DNA from: Cirrosporium novae-zelandiae
Lineage: Eukaryota
DNA length: 64,000 nt
Direction: 5' to 3'
NCBI GenBank assembly: GCA_026023565.1
Contig: JAPETS010000019.1
Coordinates: 1-64,000, forward strand
Below, in pieces: positions 1 through 12,521 of this stretch (position 1 is its first letter; each line of letters starts with the position of its first letter). The notes below the pieces were generated by a model, which worked only from the letters and a program-made list of their open reading frames with translations, made no database searches and was not told the DNA's origin. The position numbers were made by a program, and so were the translations under genes.

Positions 1-295
1 GGGGGGGGGGGGGTTAAAAGGGGGAGAAGAGGGGGAGAAGAGGGGACAGGAGGGGGGTTGATTATATTACTGTTGTTGTTACTGTTGTTGCTATTGTTTT
101 TGGGGGTGAGGTGAGATGGAATAGGTTGAGAGATTTTCCTCATCTCGTGTCATGTTTTTCTTGTTATGATATGATACCCGGCTTGTGGGATTATATCATC
201 TCGTCTGAAATATTCGCGTTGACGCGCTGATGCTTTATTTCCGTGTATCACCAAGTGAGAAATGAGTGTATGACTGACTTGTCTTTGAGAAATAG

Positions 296-1158
296 CCACC
301 TTTACCAATATCCAAAACTCCCTCTCGGCCTGTAACCTCCTTGGTGCTGTTGATGATTCTACCGCTGGTGACCTCTCGCTCTGTGTCGCTGCCTCCGCTG
401 CCATTTCTTCCGGAATCCCTACTTTAGTCGTCGAGGTCAATGGCCCTGGTGGCAGCAAAGAGAGCGTCACTGTTGCGCTACCCACTCCTACTGCCATTTT
501 AGCTGAAAACGCCATTCTTGATAATACTTGGGCTTTGGAAAACGAGCTTCAAGCTCGCCACGCAGGATCAGTTCACAGACTTAAAAATTCCAAGGTCGCA
601 TCTGTCAAGTATGCACCACTAGCACATGGAACAAAGAACGCAAGAGATGCCACAAAGGTTCTTGAACCAAGAGGTGGTTGTGTTGATTCTGAGAGTCTTA
701 CCTGTATCACTAGAACCACGACGGAAACTTTTTACCTAGGCTCAGTCACCCCAACGCCCGAGCCTCCTACAGAAACTTGTGTTGACTCTGAAGGCTTTAC
801 CTGCAGCACGAAAACTACGGTAATAACCATCTGGAATAGAAATGTCGCAACTGCGACTGCTAAGCATGGCCATCACACAGGACCAGTAGCAATAATCGCA
901 AGGCAGGAATCTATTGCAGAAGAGAGTATGGGAAGAGAGATGGTGAAGTTGAATTTGTTTGACTCCTCATTTTCCTCCAGCTTGATTCCAACATCGTACG
1001 TCAGTTTGGCAGTGGACTCAACCCAGACAGAGGATGTGTCACCCACACCACTTCAGTCAGCAGCGGTTTTCACCGTGACTACCACCACAGCCATGACTGT
1101 ATGGGGAGGTGATTGTTTCCAGCCTACCACGATGGCCACGATCAAAAAAGAGACTTGA
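296..1158 (+). CDS. Terminal exon of a Ser/Thr-rich, probably secreted/cell-surface protein (5' part not located)
   Basis: Branch/acceptor CTGAC...AATAG ends at 295. The frame is open 298-1158 and continuous with ORF 535-1158. Thr-rich, with an internal repeat CVDSESLTC / CVDSEGFTC. Confidence 0.5.
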
Positions 1159-1896
1159 TAGTATGCTTCTTGAATTATAATGTTCATTCAAGAACACGTC
1201 TAGGGGTGGATTATGGAGGAGTATTTCGTTCGTTTGAAGCATGTGTCATCCTTTCAAAGGAAGTATGGGCGAATAGTCACTGGTTTGAATTCAAAATAGC
1301 ACGAAGGATATGATAACGACAACGAATAACTTGATTGCGACTAGATTTGAAGCATGAGAAAGGTCGGTGGAAAGGTTCTCGTGGATAGTCCATAATGCAA
1401 TCGTGTTTATTTTCTCACTCTAGGCTTTCGAGATGTTCTACAGAGATGCTTGTAGAGGCCTGTTAATTTCAGATTGTACACACTCATGGTAGGCAATGGT
1501 ACCATCCAACAACATCACGGTTGTTTTCTTATTGCTAGGTAAGATGGGTCACTACTCAATTCGTTGCCAAAATTCAATAGAACTAGTTTCTTGACCAATT
1601 GGCCCGGCTCGGAATAGGATCATTAGACGGATAAAAAGGAGGGGACTGCTGGATAAAAGACTTTGTAGACTTCTAGGATGCTGTAGCAAGTGGTATTTTG
1701 TTAGTAGCCCGAGGGTGGTTCGCATGTTTGAAGGTGGCCGTTCAAGATTCCGTAGTCGGCCCCTTCAACTAAAAGTCCGATCGTCAAACAAGCTCGCTGT
1801 CCTCAACCTTCCACCAGCACCATCTTCAGCAAATAATATCTTCCATTACTTAGTTCATTAGTCAAAGCAGCAACTGCTGTTTGAACGACGTTCGCC

Positions 1897-2622
1897 ATGT
1901 CTCCTAATATGTCCCTTTTCTCCGTCAACGCCATCCTCCTTCTCTCCACCTCGGATGGCTCCAGAATCCTCACAAAATACTACAATGCTCCACACTCTCA
2001 TGCTTCCGCTTCAGCCCACCGACCTGGCTCCAGCAGTGGATCTCATCCTCCTGCTTCGAATGTACCTGGATCAAACCCCTACACCAGTGTAAAAGACCAA
2101 AAAGCATTCGAGAAGGGACTCCTAGATAAAACGGTCAAGAGCAACAGTGACGTGATTCTGTACGACAATCGGGTAGTGTTGTTCAAGCAAGAAGGAGATG
2201 TCATGTTATACGTGGTTGGAGATTCTGAAGAGAATGAGATTTTGCTATTTAGTGTGGTGCTATGCCTAAGGGATGCATTAAATGTGCTACTCAAGTGCGT
2301 TCCGCCCTGACACTGTCCCTACGTTTTTGGAGTCTAGGGTCGATCTCTCGAGTTGCTAGACTAATTACTGACATTTAGAAGCTCTGCTGATAAACGTACA
2401 ATTCTCGAAAACTACGATCTCGTTTCCCTAGCCGTTGACGAAATTGTCGACGACGGTATCATTCTTGAAATTGACCCTCTTGTTGTTGCATCCCGCGTTA
2501 GCAGACCCCCAGCACAAGATATGCCCAACATGAAGAACATCGATCTTAGTGAACAAGGATTGTTGAATGCATGGGAGTTTGGCAAGATGAAGCTGAGCGA
2601 GAGACTGAGACAGGGGCTATGA
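1897..2622 (+). CDS. RET3: Coatomer subunit zeta (COPI); exons 1897-2294, 2379-2622
   Basis: N-term SLFSVNAILLL..RILTKYY, QKAFEKGLLDKT, LYVVGDSEENEILL. After intron GTGCGT...CTGAC...TAG it reads DKRTILENYDLVSLAVDEIVDDGIILE...SEQGLLNAWEFGK..LRQGL*. Confidence 0.95.
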
Positions 2623-3297
2623 TATGGGACAAAAGATACCTGGTTTTGTATAGTTCCATAGGAGTTTGGGAGTGAGAAATAGAGTGCTACGGATCTAGGG
2701 AGATCTGGTATGAATTACTTGTTGGGCTTTGTTGAGACATCCTCCGGTATAAGCCCGAAGGTGCTTTACAAGATGAAAGCTCCAAGACTGGAGCTACATA
2801 GCTGGGATCTGTTCTTGATCATCTCAATTCGATCCAAGATAAGACTACTTTTCAGAAAGTGAGCTTAGATCCTATAAGGCGTCAATTCTGTCTTCCGAGC
2901 TAACAGCTTCCTGTATGAAAAGAATTCAGCCGAAGAATGACATGATGATGAAAAGATACTCTATAAATGTAGCTGGTGATGCATCCCATTTCATCCTTAA
3001 TGAAACGCAGACACGTATTTGGAAACATTAGGGCAAATATGATAGCCCTAAAGAATACCGCTTATGTAAAGGACCTGGTTCCTGATTGCCGACGATAACC
3101 GTGGGGGGTTCTGGATTGTAAAAACGTGGGGAAAGCTTTCTCCGCAATCCACCCAAGTACCTAGGTAGTCAACATTCAAGTCTAAATACAGTGACATTGC
3201 ATCTTGAAGGATTCCGAGCTGACTTCCCATAAGCTTGTCAGCGGGACTCCCTCGAGAATGTAACCTAGAATAATCTTAGATGGAGCAATAACACTCA

Positions 3298-4652
3298 ATG
3301 GCACCCTCAAAGCTGGCATACGCCAGACTTCCTCTCCGCCTATACCATCGTCACCCGAACCTCCACGGACCTCGTCATCGTTTCTACTCTTCTGCTCCCC
3401 CAAACGCCCGATTAAACACCCCAATCGACTACTCCACCACCCGCGTCCTGGCCCACAGCCCCCAATCCGTCCTCACCTCCCTCTCCCTGCACCCCACGAC
3501 CCCCACCAAACGACTCACCCTTCACCAATCCATAAACTCAGCCCTCCACACCGCCCTCTCCACCGACCCCACAACTCTCCTCTTCGGCGAAGACATCGCC
3601 TTCGGGGGCGTATTCCGGTGCTCCATGAACCTGGTCACGGAATTTGGTACGGATCGTGTATTCAACACGCCGCTATGCGAGCAAGGAATCGTTGGGTTTG
3701 CGATCGGGGCGGCGGCGCAGGGCATGAAGGCGATTGCGGAGATTCAGTTTGCGGATTATGTGTATCCGGCTTTTGATCAGCTGGTTAATGAGGCGGCGAA
3801 GTTTCGGTATCGGGAGGGTGCTACAGGGGGGAATTGTGGGGGGTTGGTAGTTAGGATGCCTTGTGGTGGGGTGGGGCATGGGGCTTTGTAGGTTGTCATT
3901 TTCTTTACTGCTTCTAACTGCCTATCCTAGCTATTAATTTCTCGCATTGAGGGAACCTCCCCCCTCTCTATTATCTAACCCCCCGCATTCCCCACACAAC
4001 CACCCCAACTCAACTCAACTCAACTCAACTCAACTCACAAAACCCCCACAGATACCACACCCAATCCCCCGAATCCCTCTTCACACACATCCCGGGCCTA
4101 ATAGTCCTCCTCCCACGCTCCCCCTCCCAAGCAAAAGGTCTCCTCCTCTCCGCCATCGCCTCTCCCGACCCCGTGATCTTCCTCGAACCAAAAATCCTCT
4201 ACCGCGCCGCCATCGAACCCGTGCCCCTGACAGATTACAAAATCCCCTTATGCAAACTCGATGTCGTGAAAGAAGGAAAAGATGTTACGGTTATTAGCTA
4301 TGGACATCCGCTTTATACTTGCATGCAGGCGATTCTGAATTTGGAGGGGGATATGAAAGGGGTTAGTATCGAACTAATAGATCTACGCACGATATACCCC
4401 TGGGATCGAGCGGGGGTGGTAGAAAGAGTTCGCAGGACCGGTCGGGCGGTTATCGTGCACGAAAGTATGGTAAATGCAGGTGTGGGGGCGGAAGTTGCGG
4501 CCGCGATTCAGGAGGAAGCCTTTTTGAAACTGGAGGCCCCTGTGGCGAGGGTTGCCGGGTGGAGCACGCATTCTGGGTTGAATTATGAGAGCTTTAATAT
4601 CCCGGATGTGGTTAGGGTTTATGATGCTTTGAGGAGGACGTTGGAGTATTGA
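3298..4652 (+). CDS. BCKDHB: Branched-chain 2-oxoacid dehydrogenase E1 beta subunit; exons 3298-3887, 4052-4652
   Basis: [63 protein letters not shown] across intron GTAGGT...[22 protein letters not shown]. Arg/Leu-rich N-terminus resembles a mitochondrial presequence. Confidence 0.95.
4006..4035 (+). repeat. (CAACT)6 pentanucleotide repeat inside the BCKDHB intron
   Basis: Directly visible tandem CAACT units. Confidence 0.9.
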
Positions 4653-5015
4653 GTATTGAGGAAGAGGATTTTGAGGTTGGTTGGGTAGTTGGTGGGTGGT
4701 ATTTTGCGGCTTGTTTGGTGGTGGTGATGAGGTGGATAAATAAAATAAAAAAAGTATATGGAAGAAAGGACTGGAAGGGACATGGCAATCGACAACTAAA
4801 GACAGCAGATATCCCCCCCCCCCCCCCCAAAAAAAAAAACCCTAAAAAGAGTCCGAGATTCCTTTTCCTTTGCTCATAACTCATGGCAAAAAGTAAAGCA
4901 AAAACAAATATAACTATAACTATATCTATATACATATACTATACCCCTCCATCTAACCCTCCATCTAATCCTCCCTCCAACATCCAACATCCCATCCCAT
5001 AAACCCGGTTCAAAG

Positions 5016-5086
5016 CAGCAGCAGCAACAGCAGCAGCAGTAGTAGAAGAAGAAGAAGAAGAAGAAGAAGAAGAAGAAGAAGAAGAA
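5016..5086 (+). repeat. Compound microsatellite (CAG)n-(TAG)2-(AAG)n
   Basis: Directly visible, in the low-complexity intergenic region between convergent BCKDHB and SDR. Confidence 0.9.
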
Positions 5087-6054
5087 ACAGAAGAACAATA
5101 ATTCCCCTCCCCCCTCTCTCCCTCTCTCTCTCTCCAATTCCAACCCCCTCACCTTACTTCATCAAGCCCATCCATATCCATATTTACATCTCCTTTGGCG
5201 GCTTACATATTTTCTATAATATACTTACCTACACTACTGCTTGCTGCGTGCGTGCGTAGCTTAACACGTACCCGTTACATGTACTGTATATAACATAACT
5301 CATATTCCATTGGGAAAAACTTTGGGAGAACGAAGTAGGTTGGTAGGTAGGTGGATTTGGGGATTTAAGTTAACTTAATTTTTATATTTATTTTTATTTT
5401 TTTATATTAGTAGCAAGTAATTAGTGATGAAGTTGATGGTGGTAATAATAATAATAAGTAGTTATAACTGACTGTATCTATTTATCAATTTATCCATCTA
5501 TCTATCCATCTTCTCGAGACGGGATATCATAACGGGGTAAACGACTCCTCTGTCCACTTACTCTATTCCATCTTCTACTCTTTATCATTACTTCATCTAT
5601 TCTGATAGTCCCTTGCTAACAGTCCCTGCCAATAGTTCTTCCCCTTCCCACTTCCCTCCCTAATTCCCGATCCCATCCCAACCCCATAAACCCAACCCCA
5701 TCCCATAAATAAACAAAATGCACAATAACATCCCCCCCCATCAAAAAAATCCTCTAAAATTCCTAAAATTTTAAAAAAAAAATTATTCGCCCTTGTAGTA
5801 GCCAGTTATAAATTAAATAACAAACACCCCCCTTTCCCTCCCTCGCTCAGATATGAAATAGCAATATTAATTCATACATCTCTTCTTATAATTATAATAA
5901 TCCCAATCTCTACTTTACCTCTCCCTCTAAAAGCTAAAGTAAAAAAAAAAATATTCGAAGAGATAAATATATATATACTTAGTAACCCCATCTACCCATC
6001 TACATACCCAATCCAAAAAGCCCCCCCCCCTCTCTAAAACAAATCCGCCCCACC

Positions 6055-7141
6055 CTAATAAGTCGCTGGATTCGTACTAACCCTCCCCCCATCCGTAACA
6101 ACAATATTCCCATTAACATAATTCCCGGCCCGACTACACAACCAAAGCACCACCCCCGCCATATCCTCCTCCTTTCCACACCTAGCCGCTGGGATCAACG
6201 CCCCGGGGACCTGTCCTTCCTCCGTCATCGCTATCGACCTCCCATCCGCACCCGCCCCCGCAGCCCGAAACGCCGCCGCCGTCATGGGCGAATAATATAT
6301 CCCGGGTGCAATTCCATTAATCCTCAATCCATAACCCGCCCTCGCAAACGTGGTCGACATTGCTTTAGTCAAATGCGTCACCGCAGCCTTGGAGGCCGCA
6401 TACGCCCACCCCGTAAACGGAATACGGATGAAACTAGCGATGGAGGTCATGACGATGAACTGGGCGCGGGGGAAATCGGAGGGCGGGGGCCGAAGCTTGT
6501 TTGCGGCATCGAGGAGGGGCATGAAGCAAACGAGGGTGTAGAAGGCGCCGGTGACGTTGACGTGGAAGGTTTGGGTGAAGTCTTCCATGGGAGTGTTCCA
6601 CAGGAATTCGCGCAGGGAGGACATGTCGTCGGTTAGGAAGTCGGATATGGGGTTTGAGGGCGGGGAGCGGGGGGGCCCTGTGATTCCGCTGCTGGCGATT
6701 ACCACGTCTACGTGGTCGGTGGTGGAGGCGATTTGGTTGTAGGCTCTTTGGAGGGATTCTTTGGAGGTTACGTCTCCGACGATCGGGATTAGTTTGTTGT
6801 TGTTGGCGGCGGCGGCGTCTTTTAGGACTTGTTCGCGCCGTCCGAGGATGTAGACTTTGGAGGCGCCGTTGGCGGCTAGGGCGCGGGCGGCCATGAGGCC
6901 GAGGCCTGGTGTTGTAATGTGTGAGTTTGGGGTTGGTGGTGTGTTGTTAAAGGAGGAGGGTTGGCCGAGGTGGGGGAATCGGGGGAATCATTCGTGGTAT
7001 TGCATATAGGTATTGATGATGATGATGATGATGATGATGAGGAAGAGCATAAAGCAGAGCTTTCTTACCTGTACCACCTCCAGTGACAACGGCGACAAAT
7101 CCCTCAACAGAGAACAGCTTCCCAGCATCCAAATTTTCCAT
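6055..7141 (-). CDS. Short-chain dehydrogenase/reductase (classical SDR); exons 7141-7069, 6905-6055
   Basis: Spliced N-term VAVVTGGGTG|LGLMAARALAANGASKVYILGRR (TGxxxGxG), catalytic YAASK, INGIAPG, YVNGNIVVTDGG. Intron GTAAG...CAG contains a (CAT)n repeat. Confidence 0.92.
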
Positions 7142-9135
7142 CGTCTCTTTCTTCTAGTAAAAAAAAATATTGAGGCTTTGAAAGCAAGTCCTTATACAAG
7201 GAACATTCAACCACCGTAGATACGATGCAAAACGCTTCCAGTACTCAGAGTTGCTGTGATTTCTGATTAATAGCACATCATCTCTCTTTCTATATGGTGA
7301 CCTTTCTCGACCTAGGTCACCCCACCTTTTTTACGGCAGATCTTCTCTTTCATTCTCGCCTCTCAGGTGTCTCTCCTGCCAAAATACCTGTAATCCTGTA
7401 ATAAAAAAAACGTCCGGAAAAATATCCGTTTCGCGAAATTTTATTTCCGTCTTTTGGAATACGAGCAAGGATGTTTGGGACCAGGTCTGCATCAACTAAG
7501 CATATAACTTGGTTGTTTATAGGCAGGGGATAGATAACCGTCATCTTTGAATAATTTCTTGGTAGAAGTGCTATCGATAAGTTAGACCTGCTATTCAAGC
7601 ATCATCGGGCTATGATTGTAACACAGGGAAAGCCCTCACCGTCAATAATAGCTAGGCTATTCTCTATTCGGACCGGTACGGAATTCTTCCGGTGAAACAA
7701 TTACACCGAAGCCGATGATTTTGTATAAAAATATCAGGCGGTTTGCATAAAAGTTTGCGGCAGTTAGCATAACCAGATGCGCTGTCGTCGCACTTTCGTA
7801 TATGCAACCTAAAATGTGTAAACATGCGCGTTTCGAAATGCCTCTTGAAGCAGGGAATTGAAGGAGGGGTTTTAGATAATACCGTCTCTGGTTGCTTGGT
7901 ATTGGTTATTTCAGCATGACAACAATCTTGTTTACTGATGGTGAACTTCTTCCTTTATCGAATAGATGATCGAGATCAAATATCCCTACTCTTCTGAACG
8001 CTGCCAGGTTTCTTGGTATGGGTTCTACAATTAATCCTTGCACACTTGTCACACTGATAAATATCATGATCCGAGCAGTTCAAACAGATATGGTCGTGAT
8101 GCTGACTGTCCTTCTCTTTAATAATATCGGTGAAGTGAGTAGAATAAATCAACTAGTCCAACTAGATCGATTCCCTCAGCCTAGTCGGTCGACGATCTAT
8201 TGAAGCTCAAGCATGCACCGTCTATGTGGTCTAGTCCATTCCCTCCATTGGCTGCTATCTAAATACAAATAAAGAGGGTCCCATAGCAACATTGGGTTGT
8301 GTCGTTTAGTAAGGCTAGGGGCTTGAATTGAATTTTGGGGTGTTAACTGCGTTCTGAAAGGCTTAAAACCGACAACCCTTTCGTGGTATTAAAAGAGATG
8401 AAGTCAATGGGAGTATAGCAGGGAGGCACGGGTATAATAATAGGCGAGTGAAAAGTAGGTGCTAAGCGGATAATATATGATTTCTTCTGCTGGGTTTCGA
8501 ACCCCGAGCCTCCCCTACCAAGAAAGCCACAACTTGCAAGGAGAGGAGGAAGATGCGGATGAGGTTGAAATTGAAGTTGAGATTGCGATTGAGAATGTGA
8601 CGAGTACAATATAGCTTTCTATAAGAAGTGAAAGTTGTTGAATTGATGAGGAATCTTGTGTCCAGTCTTTGAAAGACTCTTCATGAATTGTAGAATACTT
8701 ACCTGTATTGTGCACTTACCAGCCACTCTCAACACTCCTTTTTTATGTACTATACATTGCATATACATTTAAAGGACGCCTCATCTTCATTATGAATCAT
8801 ACCATAATCTGAGAGAACGAAGTGATAATTTCCTGGAATCGTTTAAAAGAAAAAAGAAAGGAAAGTGTGCTTCTATAGTCAATATTGAATTGGCATTTTC
8901 ATTTCTTTTTGTATATTTGCACACGGTGTAAGGAAATAAAGCATCCTTCATTGTAACATTCGGCGATTAAGAGAAGGGGGATGGCCAGTTGATAGGATAA
9001 GACATTAGAACTCACATAAAAATAATGATACTAATAGCATCAACTTATACCGTATTATTACTCACCTACTGTCTCATAAGCCCTCAATCCATCCGTGCCC
9101 TCAACAAGCAACCAACAAGCAACCAATCAAAAGAA

Positions 9136-9241
9136 GCCGGGTTAGCTCAATCGGTAGAGCGTGTGGCTCTTAATTCCCGCTTGAATTCGCGGGTTGTAAG
9201 AGTTAACCTCAAGGTTGCGGGTTCGACCCCCGCATTCGGCT
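9136..9241 (+). tRNA. tRNA-Lys(CTT) with 33-nt intron (9173-9205)
   Basis: Acceptor stem GCCGGGT/ATTCGGC, D arm GCTC..GAGC, anticodon CTT at 9169-9171, T arm GCGGG-TTCGACC-CCCGC. Intron sits after position 37 and contains TAAGAG complementary to the anticodon loop. A T-run follows downstream. Confidence 0.93.
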
Positions 9242-9758
9242 TTGATTTTTTGGTTGGCTTATGAGGTGTGGATGTAACGTTGAGTTGGGTGTTTGTAGGA
9301 TTTGGAAAAAAAAATTTGTTGGTTTGGAAGAGGTGGGTTAGTGTTAAAGGCCAAGGTTTGCGGGCTGTAAACGGGAGTGGCGGGAAGGGCGGAAAGGCGA
9401 ATTGTCTTCGGCCGAGACAGGTGGAGTAGCCTTTGCATGTTTTCGTTGTTAGCTAATTAGGTCAGCAAGATAGGAGAGCTATGCTTGAAAAGCGAGTATA
9501 ATCTAGAGGTGAAGAAGATATAGCTCGTGAAGAGCGACGTTGTTTGTTGACCACACGTGAATGAGAGGTTGACACCAATTACGATTCAATAACACCGATT
9601 TTTCCTTCCCATTAAGAAACGTATCATCCAGGAGAGAAAACATAGTATAAAGTACATGTACATGCCTAGGCACAGAAGGGGTAGCAAGCCAACATTCATA
9701 ACAAGAGAAGTTATAATAACAATGCCCGAAAGCCATAGAGTCAAGGCTTGCAGTGTCA

Positions 9759-10757
9759 TTAGATATCCGAAAAGCCTCTCATCAGTCGCCCCCTTGAACT
9801 AGGACACACAAGCTTCCAGGCCTCATCTTCTTCCGTCCAAGACTCAACAGACGGAATTGGACCCAGTGGAGTAATCTCCTTTGGATTAATGTTCGGGTGA
9901 CTCTTTGTGTAGCTCTCTTTGATTTGTCGGAAATCTGTCGTCTCCTTGAAGCCAGGAATCCTCCAATATATGTGTTTCAAATATCGATTCAGCTTGGGGT
10001 AATTGTGTCTGATGGTTCCGACGTTCAACTTGAAATGTTGTACGTAGACAGTGTCAAATCGGACAAGAGTTGTATAGGCCTTGATATCGACTTCGGTCAT
10101 TCGTTCACCTAGGAGGAAGTGTTTATCGTTCTTGTTCAAGATAGCTTCTAATTTGTCAAGGGCTTTGAAGACAACCTTGGCGTTGGCTTCATATGTCAGC
10201 TGGTCATCGGCAAAGCCCGCTTTATAGACTCCAATATTGAACTCTGGACCTAGCCATTTGTTCATCTCGTCAATCTGTGAGCGAAGGTCCTCAGGGTACA
10301 AGTCTATGGCGCGTCGTTTACTATGTACCGGCAGCTCCTCGTTGAAAACCGTATTTAGCATGCGCATTATGTCGGCTGATTCATTATTCACAATCTGTTG
10401 GGTCTTTTTATCCCAAAGCACAGGGACAGAGTATCTCCCTTTGTACTTCGGGTCGCTCTTCTGATATATTTCATGCAAGAATTTCGAATGGAACAGATGA
10501 TCGATGGTTGAGCCGGGATATTCGTCATCACTGTCTGGGAAACGCCAGCCATCGGGGTCTTTAGGATATGGCTTGACAATGCTCATTGGAAGAAAGGATT
10601 GAAGACCTTTCAGTTGGCGTGTGATAATCACACGATGAGCAAAGGGACAGAAAAGACCAACGTAGAGATGGTAGCGGTCTTTCTCAGCAGGAAATTCTTC
10701 TGTCCCTATGACGTGCCTCCAAGAGCCGTCGGTAGGAGGTGGTAGTTTGTTTGTCAT
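9759..10757 (-). CDS. Glutathione transferase, omega-like / glutathionyl-hydroquinone reductase (ECM4/YqjG family)
   Basis: FPAEKDRYHLYVGLFCPFAHR, YSVPVLWDKKTQQIVNNESADIMR, NIGVYKAGFA, TLVRFDTVYVQHFKLN, YTKSHPNINPKEITPLGP. Single exon. Confidence 0.93.
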   Translation of the reverse strand: MTNKLPPPTDGSWRHVIGTEEFPAEKDRYHLYVGLFCPFAHRVIITRQLKGLQSFLPMSIVKPYPKDPDGWRFPDSDDEYPGSTIDHLFHSKFLHEIYQKSDPKYKGRYSVPVLWDKKTQQIVNNESADIMRMLNTVFNEELPVHSKRRAIDLYPEDLRSQIDEMNKWLGPEFNIGVYKAGFADDQLTYEANAKVVFKALDKLEAILNKNDKHFLLGERMTEVDIKAYTTLVRFDTVYVQHFKLNVGTIRHNYPKLNRYLKHIYWRIPGFKETTDFRQIKESYTKSHPNINPKEITPLGPIPSVESWTEEDEAWKLVCPSSRGRLMRGFSDI

Positions 10758-11941
10758 GATTGAATGAAAAGCTTCGAATCCTTTTGCGATTAAGAAAGAT
10801 GTCCTAATGAAATATACTTGTAAATCTGAAAGAGAATGGAAGTTGAGTGAGGATGGAGGCGGGGGAGATTACCAATGGTGGGGTAACCAAAGGTACATTG
10901 GTTATGGTTCGTCATGAAACGTCACGGGACATTGATTCAGCTCAGAACGGAACGACCAATATACCATCTTGCCTTGAGTATTTGTTTTCTTGAAGCCAAT
11001 TGCGAATTGGAAATCATGCCAAGTTATCACTTTATTGTACTTGTAGTACGAGAATTCATCGGATTTTGACCCTTCCCGGAACCTTGTCGATTCCGACAGA
11101 GAAGCTTGTCTCAAGTACTAAGATCCACAGAATAGGAGTTCCTTCACCTTCAAAAATTTAGTACCTTTTCTCCTCCCTTTTGACCGTTGGAAGTTGATTT
11201 CGAAAATCGGACGGGACGGCAATTGAAGTTATGTTGAACCTCCCTGTAAACACTGGAGACCGGCTATTGTCTCTCCACATCTGTACTTTAATGTTATTGA
11301 TATTCTTTCCCCATCCTCTGGATGTGGAAGGCTACTGGAGGTCCACGTTTGCTTATGTGCTTTTCTTATGATGACCTCCATTCTCCAGGGCTTGTCATTG
11401 GCATTTTCATTGTATTTCCTTTGGCGAAGAGGGATAGATATCAACCATAGTTTGATGATCCGCTATGATCCGCTATGATATGCTGTTATATGCTGTTGAG
11501 TTGATGATGTATTTAGACATGATTAGGTGAATGCTTACAGCGGAGTATCTAGTTCTTATCTCTGGCTTTCTGCGTAATTTGAGGGTCCAAGGCAATGTGG
11601 GTGTTAAGTTACTAGGTGTTGATTGTGATAATGCTTGTACTCGAGTACACATTTCGTCAGTAAAGTTTTGTCCAAGCCGGGGAAATTTCCCGATTAGGTT
11701 TAATGGCATGAGAATTAGGAGAGAATTCCTTGATGTTGTGGGTCAGGGAAATTCTAGGACGGCCGAGGAAAGTGTGAGAAAGTTAGGGAAATATCGGGCA
11801 AGTGACCACGAATGATTTCTGTACAATTCGTCAGGGCTTTTGTGTGATGTCATAAATCCTACCTTGGTCAATGATTGGCTGCATAGGTAGCTGTACAACT
11901 AGTACCACATTGGGTAATGCCGAGGGAGTCGCTTAGCCAAT

Positions 11942-12371
11942 CTGGAGACCCCAGTCGCCCCTCGGCTAGAGCCTTAAAGTGGAGTAGCACAGTCCTGTTG
12001 AGGCCTTAGTCTTCCCCAGACTTTAGGTTCCACCCCCATTCATCTCATCCAACTAGAATTTGATAGTTCCTCCCATCAAAACCAACTACGGCAATTGATC
12101 AATAGCCATCCAATGAAGAATCGTCAGATAATCAGCCTTCACCATCTCAACATTTAGGCCACGGAACGTTTGTCGCTGGAAATACCAATAAGGATGGCTA
12201 GTTCGGTGGAATTGAGCATTTGTAGTACATACCCCGAGTTACCGACATATCTCCACGTCTCTCCGTATTTAACTTTTCTTCTAAGCAATTCCTTATTTCC
12301 TGTTAGCTGTATCAAGATGAAGGCCTGTATGGTCTGATGGTATCATTCTGGGGATGGGAGATCCACCCCAG
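11942..12371. promoter_or_regulatory. Cluster of SYGGRG (CreA/Cre1-type) motifs upstream of the inositol transporter
   Basis: Matches at 11942, 11949, 11979, 12014, 12251, 12348, 12366 (both strands). Function is inferred only. Confidence 0.4.
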
Positions 12372-12521
12372 CCTTTGGAATGACTATATAATATCTGATA
12401 TTCCCATCTGTTCACTTCTCTTGTCTAGTCATTCCCTAAATGACTCTTCACTTCAACTGTCACCACCACCTTGTTGATACTCTTGCTCTTTTTCTATCAT
12501 CTTGTGTATATTATATTCATC

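Noticed and set aside
4612..5152. ORFs with poly-F/poly-C/poly-G/poly-P runs
   Set aside because: They are translations of microsatellites and homopolymers in an intergenic region.
8490..8510. GGTTCGAAAC B-box-like motif on the minus strand
   Set aside because: No acceptor, D or anticodon arms could be folded around it; not called a tRNA.
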